Assembly: GCA_964016885.1 (NCBI GenBank)
Contig: CAXHJY010001403.1
Coordinates: 1-64,000, forward strand
Direction: 5' to 3'
DNA: 64,000 nt
Origin: Eledone cirrhosa
Taxonomy: Eukaryota
Shown: piece by piece, positions 40,725 through 58,933 of the stretch
Layout of the letters: every line of letters begins with the position of its first letter
Position numbering within the stretch: the first letter of the stretch is position 1
Position numbers and translations under genes: made by a program
The notes under the pieces: generated by a model
What the model saw: the letters and a program-made list of their open reading frames with translations, nothing else
Databases searched by the model: none
What the model was told of the DNA's origin: nothing

Positions 40725-41030
40725 AATAATGGAACTGCGGCGTTGCAAATGGGTTACATATGAAGAAGTAAGTCCTTCGTCAGTGGCCTTCCAACCGTCC
40801 TAGGCATTTCATCACTTTAAAGGCCATATGCCTCAGGTTGATGCGAACAACGGCTAAAAAAAGTCGTTGGGACACGTAAATAAAGGGGACGCTAGGGTGA
40901 ACAAACAAAATGGTTTAAGCAACAGAAAGTGAGAAGAAAGATACATATATATATATATATACATATATATATTCATTAGTTAAGCAAAACAAAACCACAA
41001 AGCAAAACAAAACAAAACCACATATACACA
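40721..41030. repeat. TA-embedded dispersed repeat modules (second copy at 47644-47960)
   Basis: tgataataatggaRctgcggcgttgcaaatggg... and attcattagttaagcaaaac... occur in both places. Confidence 0.85.
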
Positions 41031-41221
41031 TATATGTATATATATATATACATATATGTATATATATATATCTGTTAGAACACGAAAAGTGTGAAACAAC
41101 AGAATGTTCACTTTTCGTGTTCTAACATATATGCCTAGCTTCTTCATAAATTTTTCGGGGATAGCCGTGGTGGTGGTGATCGTATGTCATTGGCTAATTT
41201 TCAACCAATCAGAGTAAGTGT

Positions 41222-41284
<63 letters not shown>

Positions 41285-41829
41285 TATATATATATATTTA
41301 TACTATTCCCCCTCTCTCTATATATATCTTACGCTTTCGCTTTACACTCCTCCCCTTCAATAACACATTTCCCCCTCTCTATATATCTCTTCCACTGTTA
41401 CTTACGCCTGTTTCTCTCTATCTGTTCCGTCTCTATATATATCTCTCTTACTCTTTCGCTTTGCACTCCTCCCCTTCAATACCATCTCTCCCCCTCTCTA
41501 TATATTTGTTACTCTATCGCTGCACGCTCCTCTCCTTCAATATATCAATTACACACGCTTTACACTCCTTTATCCCCAGCGCCCCTATATATACACCCCC
41601 CTCCCGCATCTATATTTTAATGTTCCATTGCACCGTGAATATATGTGTCTATATATATATATACATATATATTGTATATACACATTCATGTATGTGTATA
41701 CACACTCATGTATGCATATAGACTGGTTTTATGTGTGTATTGTAAATTTGTACTGTTAAAACACGAAACTAACATTCGATTGACACTTTGATTACCTGTA
41801 CAGGCAATAGTTATTAGAATGCTGTTGAA

Positions 41830-41860
41830 GTGTGTATATATTTTTGGGGGACATCCTGTA
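41830..41860. mobile_element. Tc1/mariner-like terminal inverted repeat end
   Basis: gtgtgtatatatttttgggggacatcctg|ta resembles a CAGGGTGTCCC-type TIR with a TA target; partner not found. Confidence 0.45.
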
Positions 41861-43008
41861 TATACACACATTATATATAATACAATAAACAGATAAATAC
41901 ACACATATATATATGAGCTTATTTAATTATAAATATTGTGAATTTTTAACTCAGTTCAATTATATATATAAATGGCTTCTACAGGACTAGAACTGTTTCA
42001 TTCGAAAGAAATCATCATAATATTGAGAGGGGGGACTAGATAAAATATTTCAAATCAAATGTGTATAAGTTATAAGTTAAAATGTATAAATAGAGACGAT
42101 AGTGGAGGTATATCTGTTTAGTGGAATAGTAGACGATAGAATTAAATACAGACGAGAATCTCCCTTTAATGAAACAGCAGACGATAGAATTAAGGCAATT
42201 TAAATTTTAAACATTTGCATTTTTGCCTTTCATCGTTACGGGATCGATAAAATAAAGTACCAGTAATACACTGTCACTATAAGTAGACGACTTTCAAATT
42301 GAATTGTTGGTTCCATTTCTTTAGTATTTTCAATTGTAGTTATCTACTTAAAAAGCGTTACACGGTTAGAGACATAATTCGTAAGTTATATCTTCCCTAT
42401 TAAACCATTGCATTATTTCGCCTACAATAGAACAAAAATGAAATGTTCTTTAAAGAAACAGGAATATAACTTTATAAAAAAAAAAAGTTGCATCCGCTTC
42501 TTTTATCATTGATAATTTTTTCGTTTTAATATTAATTGTTTTTTGTAGTTGTTTATATTAAAAATCTTACTGTAATATTTACTTAAACGAAGGCAGACAT
42601 CTAAACTTATAGATTAATCTTGAGCGAAGGACTAGATAAATCTCTCTCTCTCTCTCTCTCTCTCAACGAAGAATGATAACATTTCAAGCAAAGAGTTTAA
42701 TTAGGTAATGACTTACAAATTTGTTTCAGTATATCTTTAATATAATATTATTAACTAATTATTATAATTAGCGCTTCAGGCTTTGTCTATATACTGAAAC
42801 AAATTTGTAAGTCATTACCTAATTAAACTCTTTGCTTGAAATTTTATCACTCTTCGTTTTGAATTTCTCCTAAGTATTCAATACTCTGTTGAGAAATACA
42901 TTTTACATAAACAGTCTTTGTACCATTTATACGGTATTAATTACTTATATTTATATATATATATATATATATAGCGTATGATTAGAACTGTGTTTATTAT
43001 TAATATTT

Positions 43009-43197
43009 GGTGAATTGGCAGTATCGGTAGAGGGTTGGACGCCATGCTTTGACGCATAGAGTTACGGCCCTTGCCATTCTGAGTTCAAATCCCGCCAAGG
43101 TTAACTTTGCCTTTCATCCTTATGGGGTCGATAAAATAAAGTACCAGTAATGTACTGGATAATTGCTGGCCTTGTGCCAAAAGTAGAAACAATTATT
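43009..43197 (+). mobile_element. tRNA-derived SINE, full length
   Basis: tggcagtatcggtagag A-box-like, gagttcaaatccc B-box, conserved core and tail. Confidence 0.88.
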
Positions 43198-43249
43198 AAT
43201 ATTTTAATGGATTTAATGAAAAATTTTAGGTGTTCATATATATATTCTA

Positions 43250-43310
43250 AAAATGCGCGAAATCGTGAATCCGCGATAGTTGAACCGCCAAGTAGCGAGG
43301 TATCACTGTA
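43250..43310. mobile_element. pogo/Tigger-like TIR end
   Basis: gaaccgccaagtagcgaggtatcactg|ta. Confidence 0.45.
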
Positions 43311-43336
43311 TATATGTTTAAATATATAGTGTAGCT

Positions 43337-43801
43337 GTGATGTATCTCGCGAGTGAATCGAGACCTGTCACTGATTTTGGTGTCCCCACTGCCGATGTGA
43401 ATGAGCAACGCTGCACTTGTGAATTGGGTCTTGATGTTGCAGGCAGTTCATATACTTACAATGATGCGGTCCCACAAGCTTGTTCACATTCCTGTGCTAA
43501 TAATCTAGATGGGCGTATTAAATTGGATGTGAAAGCAGCTTACCGGATGCGGAATCGGGAGAAGTTGAGACAAAAACAGGCCGATTATAGAGCTGTGAAT
43601 TTTGCTAAATTAACACAAAAACAGGCCAAGTATAGATGTTCAAAACGGTATGAGTTGGCAAACAAGCAGGCCAAGTATAGATCTGCAAATTCAGCTATTA
43701 TATCTCAAAAGCAAGCCGAGCGTAGAGCTTCTAAACGTACCGAGTTGGCTAAAGAGCAGACCAAGTACAGATCTGCAAATATCTTATTGCACAAACAATA
43801 A
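43337..43801 (+). other. ORF fragment with 15-aa KQAxYR repeats, origin unknown
   Basis: About five 45-bp in-frame units. Confidence 0.4.
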
Positions 43802-43827
43802 TTCTGCACAAATGTTGCTCCATTATT

Positions 43828-44008
43828 TTGGCAGTATTGGTAGAGGGTCGGATGCCATGCTTTCCAGCATAGTTACGTCCCTTTACGATCTGAGTTCAAA
43901 TCCTGCCGAGGTTGACTTTGCCTTTCATCCTTACGGGGTAGATAAAATAAAGTACCAGTAATGCACTGGGTAATTGCTGGCCTTGTGCCTAAAGTAGAAA
44001 CAATTATT
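43828..44008 (+). mobile_element. tRNA-derived SINE
   Basis: Same family motifs. Confidence 0.85.
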
Positions 44009-44189
44009 AGATCTAATGTTGCAACGATACAGTTAAATGTTGTCTGTGTATTTAAAAAAAGATTTGCTTATAATCTTTTCAAATTTCATTACGCCAATGA
44101 TTCAAGCTCAAATTGACATTATCTAAAAAATTGTACAAACAGCGGTGGATTAGCAGTAGTGAACAGATAAATCAGTCAATTTATTAAGA

Positions 44190-44846
44190 TTGACTTGGCA
44201 TCAATCAGCAAGACCTTCATTAGCTGCTCTCCAGCCATCTATTTAAAGCTGTATACATCTATGGTACGAATACACTTGGAGTTTGCGTCATCAGTCTGGA
44301 ACCCCTATCTTGCTCAGAACATTGACCTCCTGGAAACTGTTCAGAGACATGCAACCAAGCGCATACCCTCCATCAGACACCTACCATACCCTGAATATTT
44401 TGCTTCCCTCTGGCAATGGACTTGGTAAACACCCACAAAGTTATTAACCATCCGACCAACAACAACCCCGAACACCTTTTTGATCTCCATGTGTTTAACA
44501 CGTGGACATGCCTACAAAGTCAGAAAACAACACAGCTCCCATGACTTTAGGAAATATTTCTTCATGCTCAGAGTTGCTGAAGGATGGAACAAACTTCCTG
44601 CATCAGTTGTTAGCTGATGACACACTGCATCCTTTAAAACCATCATACATTCCGAAATACACCAAAACTACACCTGATGTCCCCCTTCCATACACATGCA
44701 CATATGTGTATATCATGACTCATGCACTGTTCTTTTTTCCTGACGTTTTTATATTACCCTATGTATTATATATGCACTTTTGATGAGTTGTAGTGCACCT
44801 CAGCATTGTACACAATATTTTCATTATTATTATCATTATTATTATT
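44190..44846 (+). mobile_element. Decayed CR1-like LINE 3' end with (ATT)n tail
   Basis: LYTSMVRIHLEFASSVWNPY..LETVQRHATK; TRGH...WNKLP in another frame. Confidence 0.8.
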
Positions 44847-45315
44847 ACACTCATTGATCCATTTTGCACTAACTCTGCATCAAGCACCCTCACCTAAATA
44901 TTAACCAATCAAGGATCCAATACAGCTATCTGTTGGATGAGTATTGTATAGTGCCAAAAACGAAACCAATCAGTTTAGCAGAAAGTTTCCAGACAAGAAA
45001 CACGCATATTTTGCTATCCTCAAACACGTTTACACATGGCATGAAATATAACTAATCCGAGATGGCTAGGTTTCATCTTCTAATTGGATATACGAAATCC
45101 ATTATGTCTTGACAACAACATGAGGTAACATTATGTTATTCACAGACACACTTTGTACACTGTTCCATATCAGAATGTATTTCCTTCGTCACATTCACAA
45201 ACAGTATTGAAAATATGTTCTTCGGCAAATAAAAATGTTTTGTTCATAATATTTCAACTAGCGATTGCTCTACTCCACGCACGACCACCATAAATTAATG
45301 ACCAGCTCAACACAA

Positions 45316-45487
45316 GTATTGGTAGAGCGTCAGACACCATGCTTTGCAGTATTGTTATGGTCCTTTGCATTCTAAGTTCAAATCCTGCCGAGGTTAACTT
45401 CGACTTTCATACTTACTAATTCGATAAAATAAAGTACCAGTAATGGACTGCCGTAATGGATTTGTGCCGAAAAATAGAAACACTATT
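45316..45487 (+). mobile_element. tRNA-derived SINE, diverged
   Basis: Same family motifs. Confidence 0.75.
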
Positions 45488-46041
45488 AATGTGCAATAAG
45501 AGCAAAATATAACGACATTGCTCAATTATTTTATCTAATGTTGTAATAACACAAGGAAATGTTGTTTGTGTATTTTTTTTTATATTTGCTCATAGGCTTT
45601 TACAATTTCGCTCAGCCAACAAATATTAAAAAGTGAGTTGCTTAAGATAACAATTTAATCACAAATTGTTGCTATCTTTTAATACACTCCAACAAGTCAT
45701 CAAATTATGTACAATAAAAACAAATCTTATTAATTTGCTCAGGGAATATAAAGAAAATGTATATACACTGATAATTGCAATTGTATGTAAATATTTTGTT
45801 TTTGTATTGTTTATTTTATGTTTTCTATTATGTATAATATATTGATTTAATATTGATTGTTTTTTGTAGTTGTTTATATTAAAAGTCTGAAAATATTTTT
45901 ATACATCTTACACTAATATTTATAAGATAATTTATAATAACAATTACATAATCTAATTACATTACAACGATAATTTATTATTAATATATATCCTGTTTAA
46001 CTAGAGTTATTACAAGCGTTGCCTTAAAAAAATATTAAACT

Positions 46042-46992
46042 AGACATGAAAAATGCGCAAGCTCAAAAGTGCCACAGAATGTTATAATAAACCTTCAAAA
46101 GTGTGGGACTAGAGTTGTTGCTAAAAAATATTGTAATCATTATATATCGTACATTCTGTGGCATCCTTTATAAAAATAGCTTAAACCAACGAAGCCTTTA
46201 TTTTTACGCTATTTCACTTAGTTAATTCTTAGAGTGTAACATATAAAAATAAATACATCTATGTTTAATGTAATAACAGCTATAAATAATTACGTAATAT
46301 TATTATCATATACTCATAGTAACAAAATAATTGTGTTGAAAATTAATATGATGCTTATATGAACGATCAAATCTATAATGATAATTTCTTAAATATACTA
46401 ATAGTAAAATAATTTAGTTATCTATTGTTACATTTTCATAGAACTATAATATTAACAATCGTATTGCATTATCAAATTTTTATCACTACAAACTTTCATA
46501 TTGGAATTACCTTAAGCCACTTATTATTACTTCGCTTTCGTACTTTTACAGCTGTAGATATTGCGCTGTATCTTATATCTAATATCAATATTTCATGGTA
46601 ATTTGCATGCAGTGTAAAATAGGTTTATTAATAACTTTAATATGAAATGTATTATACAGGGCTGCGGAGTCGGCCAAAAATTGACTGGCTCCAACTCAGG
46701 ATCCGATACTCCATTATTTCCTAAATTTCAGCTCCGCAGCTCTGTTATTATATTAATTAATTTATTTTATAGTTGTAAATCATATTTTTATATGTTACAC
46801 TCTAAGAATTAACTAAGTGAAATAGCGTAAAAATAAAGGCTTCGTTGGTTTAAGCTATTTTTATAAAGGATGCCACAGAATGTACGATATATAATGATTA
46901 CAATATTTTTTAGCAACAACTCTAGTCCCACACTTTTGAAGGTTTATTATAACATTCTGTGGCACTTTTGAGCTTGCGCATTTTTCATGTCT
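46042..46992. mobile_element. ~950-bp foldback element with ~210-bp apparently perfect inverted arms
   Basis: 46042-46251 is the reverse complement of 46783-46992. Confidence 0.85.
46657..46744. mobile_element. 88-bp hAT-type MITE
   Basis: TIR cagggctgcggag / ctccgcagctctg; 8-bp TSD gtattata/ttattata. Confidence 0.75.
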
Positions 46993-47044
46993 TACATATA
47001 TGTATATATATATACATATATGTATATATATATATACATATATG

Positions 47045-47158
<114 letters not shown>

Positions 47159-47304
47159 ATGTAGGAGGTGAGTTTTATTGTAGTACAATAAAGCAATGCA
47201 GATATCGGATAAGAAGCACTCTACAGTTTGTAGGACTGGAGTATACATAATATATATTATATAATATATATTATATAATATATATTATGTATATATATAT
47301 ATAT

Positions 47305-47353
<49 letters not shown>

Positions 47354-47585
47354 CATATATATATGTATATATATATATGTATATATATATATGTATATAT
47401 ATATATGTATATATATATAAATATATGTATATATATATATAAATATATGTATATATATATATAAATATTTGTATATATATGTATATATATATATATATAT
47501 ATACATATATTTATATATATATACATATATTTATATATATATACATATATTTATATATATATACATATATGTATATATATATACA

Positions 47586-47647
<62 letters not shown>

Positions 47648-48045
47648 AATAATGGAGCTGCGGCGTTGCAAATGGGTTACATATGAAAAAGTAAGTCCTT
47701 CGTCAGTGGCCTTCCAACCGTCCTAGGCATTTCATCACTTTAAAGGCCATATGCCTCAGGTTGGTGCGAACAACGGCTAAAAAAAGTCGTTGGGAGACGT
47801 AAATAAAGGGGACGCTAGGGTGAACAAACAAAATGGTTTAAGCAACAGAAAGTGAGAAGAAAGATACCTATATATATATATAAATACATATATATATATA
47901 TTCATTAGTTAAGCAAAACAAAACCACAAAGCAAAACAAAACAAAACCACATATACACATATATGTATATATATATATACATATATGTATATATATATAT
48001 ACATATATGTATATATATATACATATATGTATATATATATATACA

Positions 48046-48099
<54 letters not shown>

Positions 48100-48238
48100 T
48101 GTATATATATGTATATATATAATGTAGGAGGTGAGTTTTATTGTAGTACAATAAAGCAATGCAGATATCGGATAAGAAGCACTCTACAGTTTGTAGGACT
48201 GGAGTATACATAATATATATTATATAATATATATTATG

Positions 48239-48302
<64 letters not shown>

Positions 48303-48364
48303 TATATGTATATGTATATATATGTATATATATATATGTGTATATATACGTATATACACATATA

Positions 48365-50430
48365 CAAAAAAAATCAACAAGCTGAAATACTGTCAGCAGC
48401 AACACATCAACTTGACTGCCATTTCATCACTAGAGATTAAAAAACATAACCTCCAAAACAACATAATGTCCCTCATCAACAATCAGAGAAGAGCTGAAGA
48501 GGCCTGGGCCATTGAGAAGATCAAACTCAATCCCAAAGTGTTCTTTTCATTTGCAAAAAAACACAAAATCACTGGCTCTACTGTTGGCCCTCTAATTGAT
48601 GAAAATGGCACTCTTCAAGACAATGCTAAAACCTTGGGTGAGATACTGCAGAAACAATACTGCTCTGTTTTCAGCAATCCTGATATGGCCGATCTGGGCT
48701 GTATCGGCGATGTTACTCCCCATTACACCTTATCGGACATAACGTTTGGCGCCCCTGATGTCTTGGCGGCAATAAAGGAAATCAAGCATAATTCAGCAGT
48801 AGGTCCCGATAGGTTCCCTGCTTGTGTCTTGAAGGCGTGTCAACACCAACTTGCATCTCCTCTTGCCAATCTGTGGCGGAACTCACTGGATGCTGGATAT
48901 GTGCCAGAAAACCTTCTATCCCAGTCTGTTGTCCCAGTTTTCAAAAAGGGAAACAAATCCCTTGCCGTGAATTACCGTCCAATCTCACTCACCTCTCATA
49001 TCATTAAGGTATTTGAGCGAGTGGTGAGATCGCGAATGACCCACTTCCTTGAGAGTAACAATATGCTGAACTCCAACCAGCATGGATTCCGTAATGGAAG
49101 GGATTGCCTGACGCAGCTACTGCATCACTTTGATGACATTTTGAGAGCCTTGGGAGAGGGTTCCAACACTGATGTTATCTACCTTGATTTCAGCAAGGCC
49201 TTTGACAGGGTTGATCATAACATTCTACTGAGAAAGCTGTCCAATATTGGTGTCACTGGAAAGCTGCTGCAGTGGATCAAGAGCTTCCTGTCAAACAGAA
49301 CCCAACATGTTGTAGTTGAGGGAGTCAAATCAAGCCCAGCCAAAGTCAGTAGTGGGGTCCCACAAGGCACTGTGTTGGGCCCACTTCTCTTCATCATCTA
49401 TATTAATGACATCACTGACATCATCAAACACAGCAACATTAAAATTTTCGCTGATGATTCCAAGCTCCAAAAGGTCATCAATGGCGTGGATGACCGGATA
49501 AGCCTTCAGTCAGACCTACTGGCTGTTACCCAATGGGCAGAAAAGAACAACATGTTACTGAACGAAGACAAATTCGAACTGATCCACTTTGGAAAAGAGG
49601 ATGCTCTGAAACTCCCGTACTCCCTTCCCTCCGGGGAAACTCTCGTGGCATCTAACAACATCAGAGACTTGGGAGTAACCGTGGACAGCAACATAAGCTG
49701 GACCACGCATATAAGCAGCAAAGTTGACATGGCCCGCAGAATGTGTTCCTGGATCCTCAGAACCTTCCAGTCGAGAGATTCCCGCACCATTATCCTTCTC
49801 TTCTCTACTTTCGCCCGACCACACCTTGAATACTGTTGTCCACTGTGGTCTCCCCACACGAAACAAAGTATCATGAAACTTGAAGCTCCTCAAAGGGCAA
49901 TCACGAAAAAGATAGATGGCATGTCAGACCTTGACTACTGGGGTCGATTAGAAAACCTGAAACTTTACTCACTCCAACGTCGCCGTGAGCGTTATATTAT
50001 CTGCATGATGTGGAAAATGTTCCATCATCACTGCCCAAATGATGTTGGCATCGCCTTCAAGATACACCCAAGGCTTGGGCCCCTTGCTATCCGTCCCATT
50101 CAAAAATTTAAATCGCAACTCATAACAACAATACGGCACAATTATTTCACCTCAATCGGCCCTGCTCTCTTCAACATCACACCAGGACACGTCAAAACAG
50201 AAACTGACCACACAAAATTCAAGAAGTCTTTGGACAAATTCCTCCAAGTAATCCCGGACAAACCACCCACACCCGGATATGTCTCCGCAAACAGTAATTC
50301 TCTTCTCGAATGGGCCATAGTGCCCAAATCCTGAATTGAAAGACTTCGCCAGGTGGTGCTATTAAGTTAGACATGGCCTGGGCCAATACTGGCCAAAACA
50401 TTTCAAAGTTATTCAAAGTTATTCAAAGTT
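48365..50430 (+). mobile_element. CR1/L2-group LINE, 5'-truncated (no endonuclease), open RT frame to 50334, (ATTCAAAGTT)n tail
   Basis: NPKVFF, GPD, NYRPISLTS, QHGFR, DFSKAFD, PQG, FADD, YCCPLWSP. Confidence 0.95.
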
Positions 50431-51574
<1,144 letters not shown>

Positions 51575-51609
51575 GATATTAAATAAATGGAAACTATATT
51601 TATAAAACC

Positions 51610-51686
51610 ATATTTATTTCATTATATATATTTCAGGGATATCATATTAACAATATGTTATGCCTTCTTCAGACAAAATACAATAT
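51610..51686 (-). ncRNA. Type I hammerhead, same family as 8404-8480
   Basis: Reverse complement atattgtattttgt-CTGAAGA-agg..catatt gtt aatatg..cct-GAAAT-ATAT-ATA-atgaaataaatat. Confidence 0.82.
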
Positions 51687-51821
51687 AGACAGTTTTATAA
51701 ATAAATAGATCTGACATACCGTTCAACATCGACTTGTATTTGAAAAGTTGATTTGGCAGTGAAAAATTGTAAACAGAAAGAAAGAAAGAAAGAAGGAAAG
51801 AAAGAAAGAAAACGAAGAAAG

Positions 51822-54800
51822 ACGTCATGCAAGTCTCGCAGATGCCTCGGCAGCCTGTTGAAGAGTTGAGGGCCCTTGAATCCTAGGCTATTGCAATACC
51901 TGCTCCTTATTCTAGATGTGGAAGACGGGACCTTTGGCACCACACAGTGACGTCCTGTTCGACGGTTGGTCCAGCTCCCAATGCCAAAGTTTGGTGCTAG
52001 TCCCTCCAGGATTTTCCACATGTAGATCACTGCGTATCTCTCCCGTCTTCGCTCCAAGGAGTAGAGGTTCAGTTCCTTCAGCCTCTCCCAGTAGCTTGTC
52101 TCCCTCATCTTGGCAATCCTCTTGGTGCAGCTTCGCTGGATTGCCTCAAGCTCTGTGGTTAGTTTGACACTATGGGGTGACCACAGCTGGGAGCAGTAGT
52201 CCAGGCGGCTTAGGACAAAAGTCCTCCACAGTGTCAACATGGTGTCTCGATCTCTTGTAAGGAAAGTCCTCAAGATCCAGCCAGCGAATCGTCTACATGC
52301 TGTCGCCACCTTCATGATGTGTGAAGAAAAAGATGCATCATCGCTCATGTCTATGCCCAGGTCTCGTATCGATTTTGACACGGGGATATCGGTCCCTCCT
52401 GGTCCTGTGTAGCTGTGTTCCGCTATATTTGTGTTTGTGTTTGCAGGTTTGTATTGTAGGGCTTGGAATTTGCCAGCATTAAACTGCATGTTGTTTTCTT
52501 CCGCCCATCTGTATATGGCATCCAGATCCTGCTGTAAGAGGGCAGCGTCAGCCGGGTTTTTGATTGCCTGTGCTACCTTAGTGTCATCAGCATAGCTAGT
52601 GAGGGATGTTGTTGCATGCACCACAGAGGGCATGTCCGAGAGAGCCACCAAAAACAGTAGTGGTCCCAGGACTGTCCCCTGAGGCACCCCACTTGTTATC
52701 GGTGTTTCCCTCGAGAGGGCCCCATTTGCTGCGACTGCCTGGCTTCTGTCCCTCAGGAAGCCATGCAGCCACTCACCTACTTTTCCAGTTATGCCGAGTC
52801 CGTGTAGTTTGTGACATATCATTCCGTGGTCGACCTTGTCAAAGGCCTTCGCAAAGTCAAGATATATCACGTCTACATGTGAGCTGTCTAGTAGCTGTCT
52901 CAGTACCCAGTCGTAGTGATGTAGCAGCTGTGTAAGGCAGCTTCTTCCTGGGCGGAAGCCATGTTGCGTGCTAGTCAGGCGGTCATTTTCTTCGAGGAAA
53001 GTGATTAGTTTCTTTCTGACGACTCGCTCCATGACCTTACTGATATGCGACGTCAGGGAGACTGGCCTATAGTTCTTGGCCTCCGCTCTACTACCTCCTT
53101 TATGGATAGGGCATATTGTGCCTTCTTTCAGCTCCCTGGGTAGTACACCGCTAGCCAAGGAGCTTCTGAAGAGCATCTTCAGTGGAGTTGCTAAGGCCCG
53201 CTTACATATTTTTAGGAGAACTGCTGGGAATCCATCAGGTCCAGCAGCCGAGTCTGTTCTAATTTCATCAATGGCGTACACCACATCCTCCTCCGTTATG
53301 TCTATGTGGTTGATGGTTGCCATTTCTTCATGTAGTGTTGTGGCATCAAAGAACTCCTCTGGATTCGTTATTTGCATGTGCCTCAGTGGACATGTGAACA
53401 CACTTTTGTACTGTTCGTTCAGTATTTCACATATCTCTTGGGGATTTTCAGTTAATGAACCGTCCGTGTGGAAGAGTGGTCCAATCTTGCAGTGTACTGA
53501 GGCAGTTTCTTTTGCAAATTTAAAGAAGGCCTTAGGGTTTGTTTTAATGTTTTCTATGGCCCTGTTCTCTTTCCTTGCCCTCTCATTCTCATGTGAAAAC
53601 TTGAGTGCAATCTCGGTGTCAAGTAGTGCACGTTTCAAATAGGATTCCTTCTTGTTTTGGTTTTGTTGACTATTCAACTGGTTTGAGAGTTTAGTTCTAC
53701 GTCTCATAAGGATTTTCCTATCTCTGGGAATAAGATTTTTGTGTCTGTTTGCCTCTTTCTCCGGGACACACTTTTTGCATATGGTGTGTATCGTTGTCAT
53801 GAAGTGTTGAAATTGTGTGTTAGTGTCTTGTGTGGCGATGTTTGCACTCCATGTTTGCTTCCGGATTTCACTCTTAATCTTCTTTCAGTCAGCCCGTAGA
53901 AGTTAAGGCTGGATAGCGTCCCGGAGCTTCTTGGTGGTTTTGTCTCTGTTGGTTCTCTTGGACCACATATCATTAGCTCTACCAAGTTATGATCCGAGAG
54001 AATTGTTGGTGTCACCTTTACATTGTGGATGAGCACTTCGTTGTTTGTAAAATAGAGGTCCAGGACATTTTCGCCTCTTGTTGGGAGGAGTATTGCTTGC
54101 TCCATGAACAGCCTGTGTGTGAGGGCCAGCAGGGATTCCGTCTGTCTCTGTTCTATTGACGTCATTCCAGGGAGGAGGTGGCCCTCAGGCCATTTGACCT
54201 TTGGTAGGTTGAAGTCTCCCAGCAGTAGGATGTTGAGACCCTGGTCCAGTTTGTCAAGGACCTCTTCTATCCTACTTAGGCTATCCTCAAATTTACCCTC
54301 ATGACTGGGGGCATCGGGCGGCCGATATGTGACACATATTACCGTCTGTAGTTGCTTCATATGTATTATCAGTGTGTCACAGACTGAGTTTGAATGTGTC
54401 AACAGTACAATTGGTGTGACATCTTCACGGATATACAGAGCAACCCCACCATGAGTTCTCTCCTTCCTGTCCGAACGAAATACAGTATATTTCGGTATAT
54501 GTATTTCTGCATCAGCTATACTGCTTGTCAGGTGCGTTTCGGTTAGTGCCATGCATAGTGCTTGATTGCTTATGGCTAAGTCTCCCAGGTAGGAAATTTT
54601 ACTCATGTTGCTGAGTTTCACCAGGCCCCTGACATTCAGCAGCAGCACTGGTGTGACTTTTGGGGTGCCAGTAATGGCTGTCGGTATGACACCTGGTCTG
54701 GTGTCAGCGGCGGCGACTCTGGGTCCCTTAACTGCGGTGGTCTCGAGTGCTGGTGTGGATGACCCTGGCTCTGGAGACGATGCAGCCAGGTCAGCTGTCC

Positions 54801-55066
54801 CACAATCTTCTCTGCCATCACTATAAAATTTTCTGATCTGCTGCTGCCATCTGTATCTCGTCGGCATGTGCGTGCCTTCTCCTTGTTGGTGCAGCACGCG
54901 TGACATCAGCATACTTCTGGAGCGGCTTATTTCGGCTTAGGCTGGGGCATGTTGCGCGAGTATGATGGGCATAGTTCGTTTGAGACCTAGGGTGGGCGAA
55001 TCTGCATCCCATCCCTGTCTCTCCATGCCAGCATGTCCCGTTCTTGAAAAACTTGCACATTACTTG
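51822..55066 (-). mobile_element. CR1/L2-group LINE: CCCH Zn-finger ORF1 remnant, APE endonuclease and RT; frameshift and stop near 53890; truncated at both ends
   Basis: [22 protein letters not shown]; LNVRGL, TETHL, HGGVALY, YRPP, GDFN, SDH; NYRPVSLTS, DFAKAFD, PQG, YADD. Confidence 0.93.
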
Positions 55067-55067
55067 G

Positions 55068-57907
<2,840 letters not shown>

Positions 57908-58083
57908 AGAATGGAAATACTAGAGTGTGTTGGAGTTAAACACCCTCTTCGTATTATAGAAATGACAGTATAGGTATAGCTCAATGTAATTAAACAGAGC
58001 CGAAGAATTATGAATTAATAGGACGAAACATTGTTGGCTAATAAAGACTTTTGATGTATTGAAGGCTTCTTTGGTTTATCTTC

Positions 58084-58163
<80 letters not shown>

Positions 58164-58216
58164 ATGTATATATGTATATATATTTATATATATATATATA
58201 TGTATATATGTATATA

Positions 58217-58263
<47 letters not shown>

Positions 58264-58537
58264 ATATATTTATATATATATATATATATGTAAATATATG
58301 TATATATATATATACATATATGTATATATATATATATACGTATATGTATATATATATATACATATATACATATATTATATATATATACATATATGTATAT
58401 ATATATATACATATATGTATATATATATATACATATATGTATATATATATATACATATATGTATATATATATATACATATATGTATATATACATATATGT
58501 ATATATATACATATATGTATATATATATATATATACA

Positions 58538-58624
<87 letters not shown>

Positions 58625-58933
58625 TTCAAGAGTAACCAATCTTAAAGAGAGAGATGGAGATAGGAGAGGAGATAGGAGAGGAGAGATTGGTGAATTAGTT
58701 AGAAGCCAAAGCGTAAAGGCATGTGCTCAGTGTGCAATATGCAGTAGAAAGCAGCTAGGTGGCTCGGTTCATGCAGAAGTTAGGTGCGCAGAGCTGGAAA
58801 TATTCATTAGTTAAGCAAAACAAGACCACAAATTTCACAAGGAAGACATTATTAAAATATTGTCAACATATTTAGTTTGATATAAGGAATGTAGAGAATA
58901 ATAATAATAATAATATTAATAATAATAATGCCC

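Noticed and set aside
40750-40790. Minus-strand CTGACGA-aggac as a hammerhead (also ~47700)
   Set aside because: No complementary stem II or GAAA half was found
43009-43100. tRNA gene
   Set aside because: The A/B boxes belong to a multi-copy SINE head and there is no complete cloverleaf
51916-54826. Plus-strand ORFs overlapping the LINE (likewise antisense ORFs in the PLEs)
   Set aside because: Antisense shadows of retroelement coding sequence
58021-58046. ggacGAAAC-ATT-GTT-ggct motif
   Set aside because: Only the 3' half of a hammerhead (resembles the 62.6-kb family); not counted as a ribozyme
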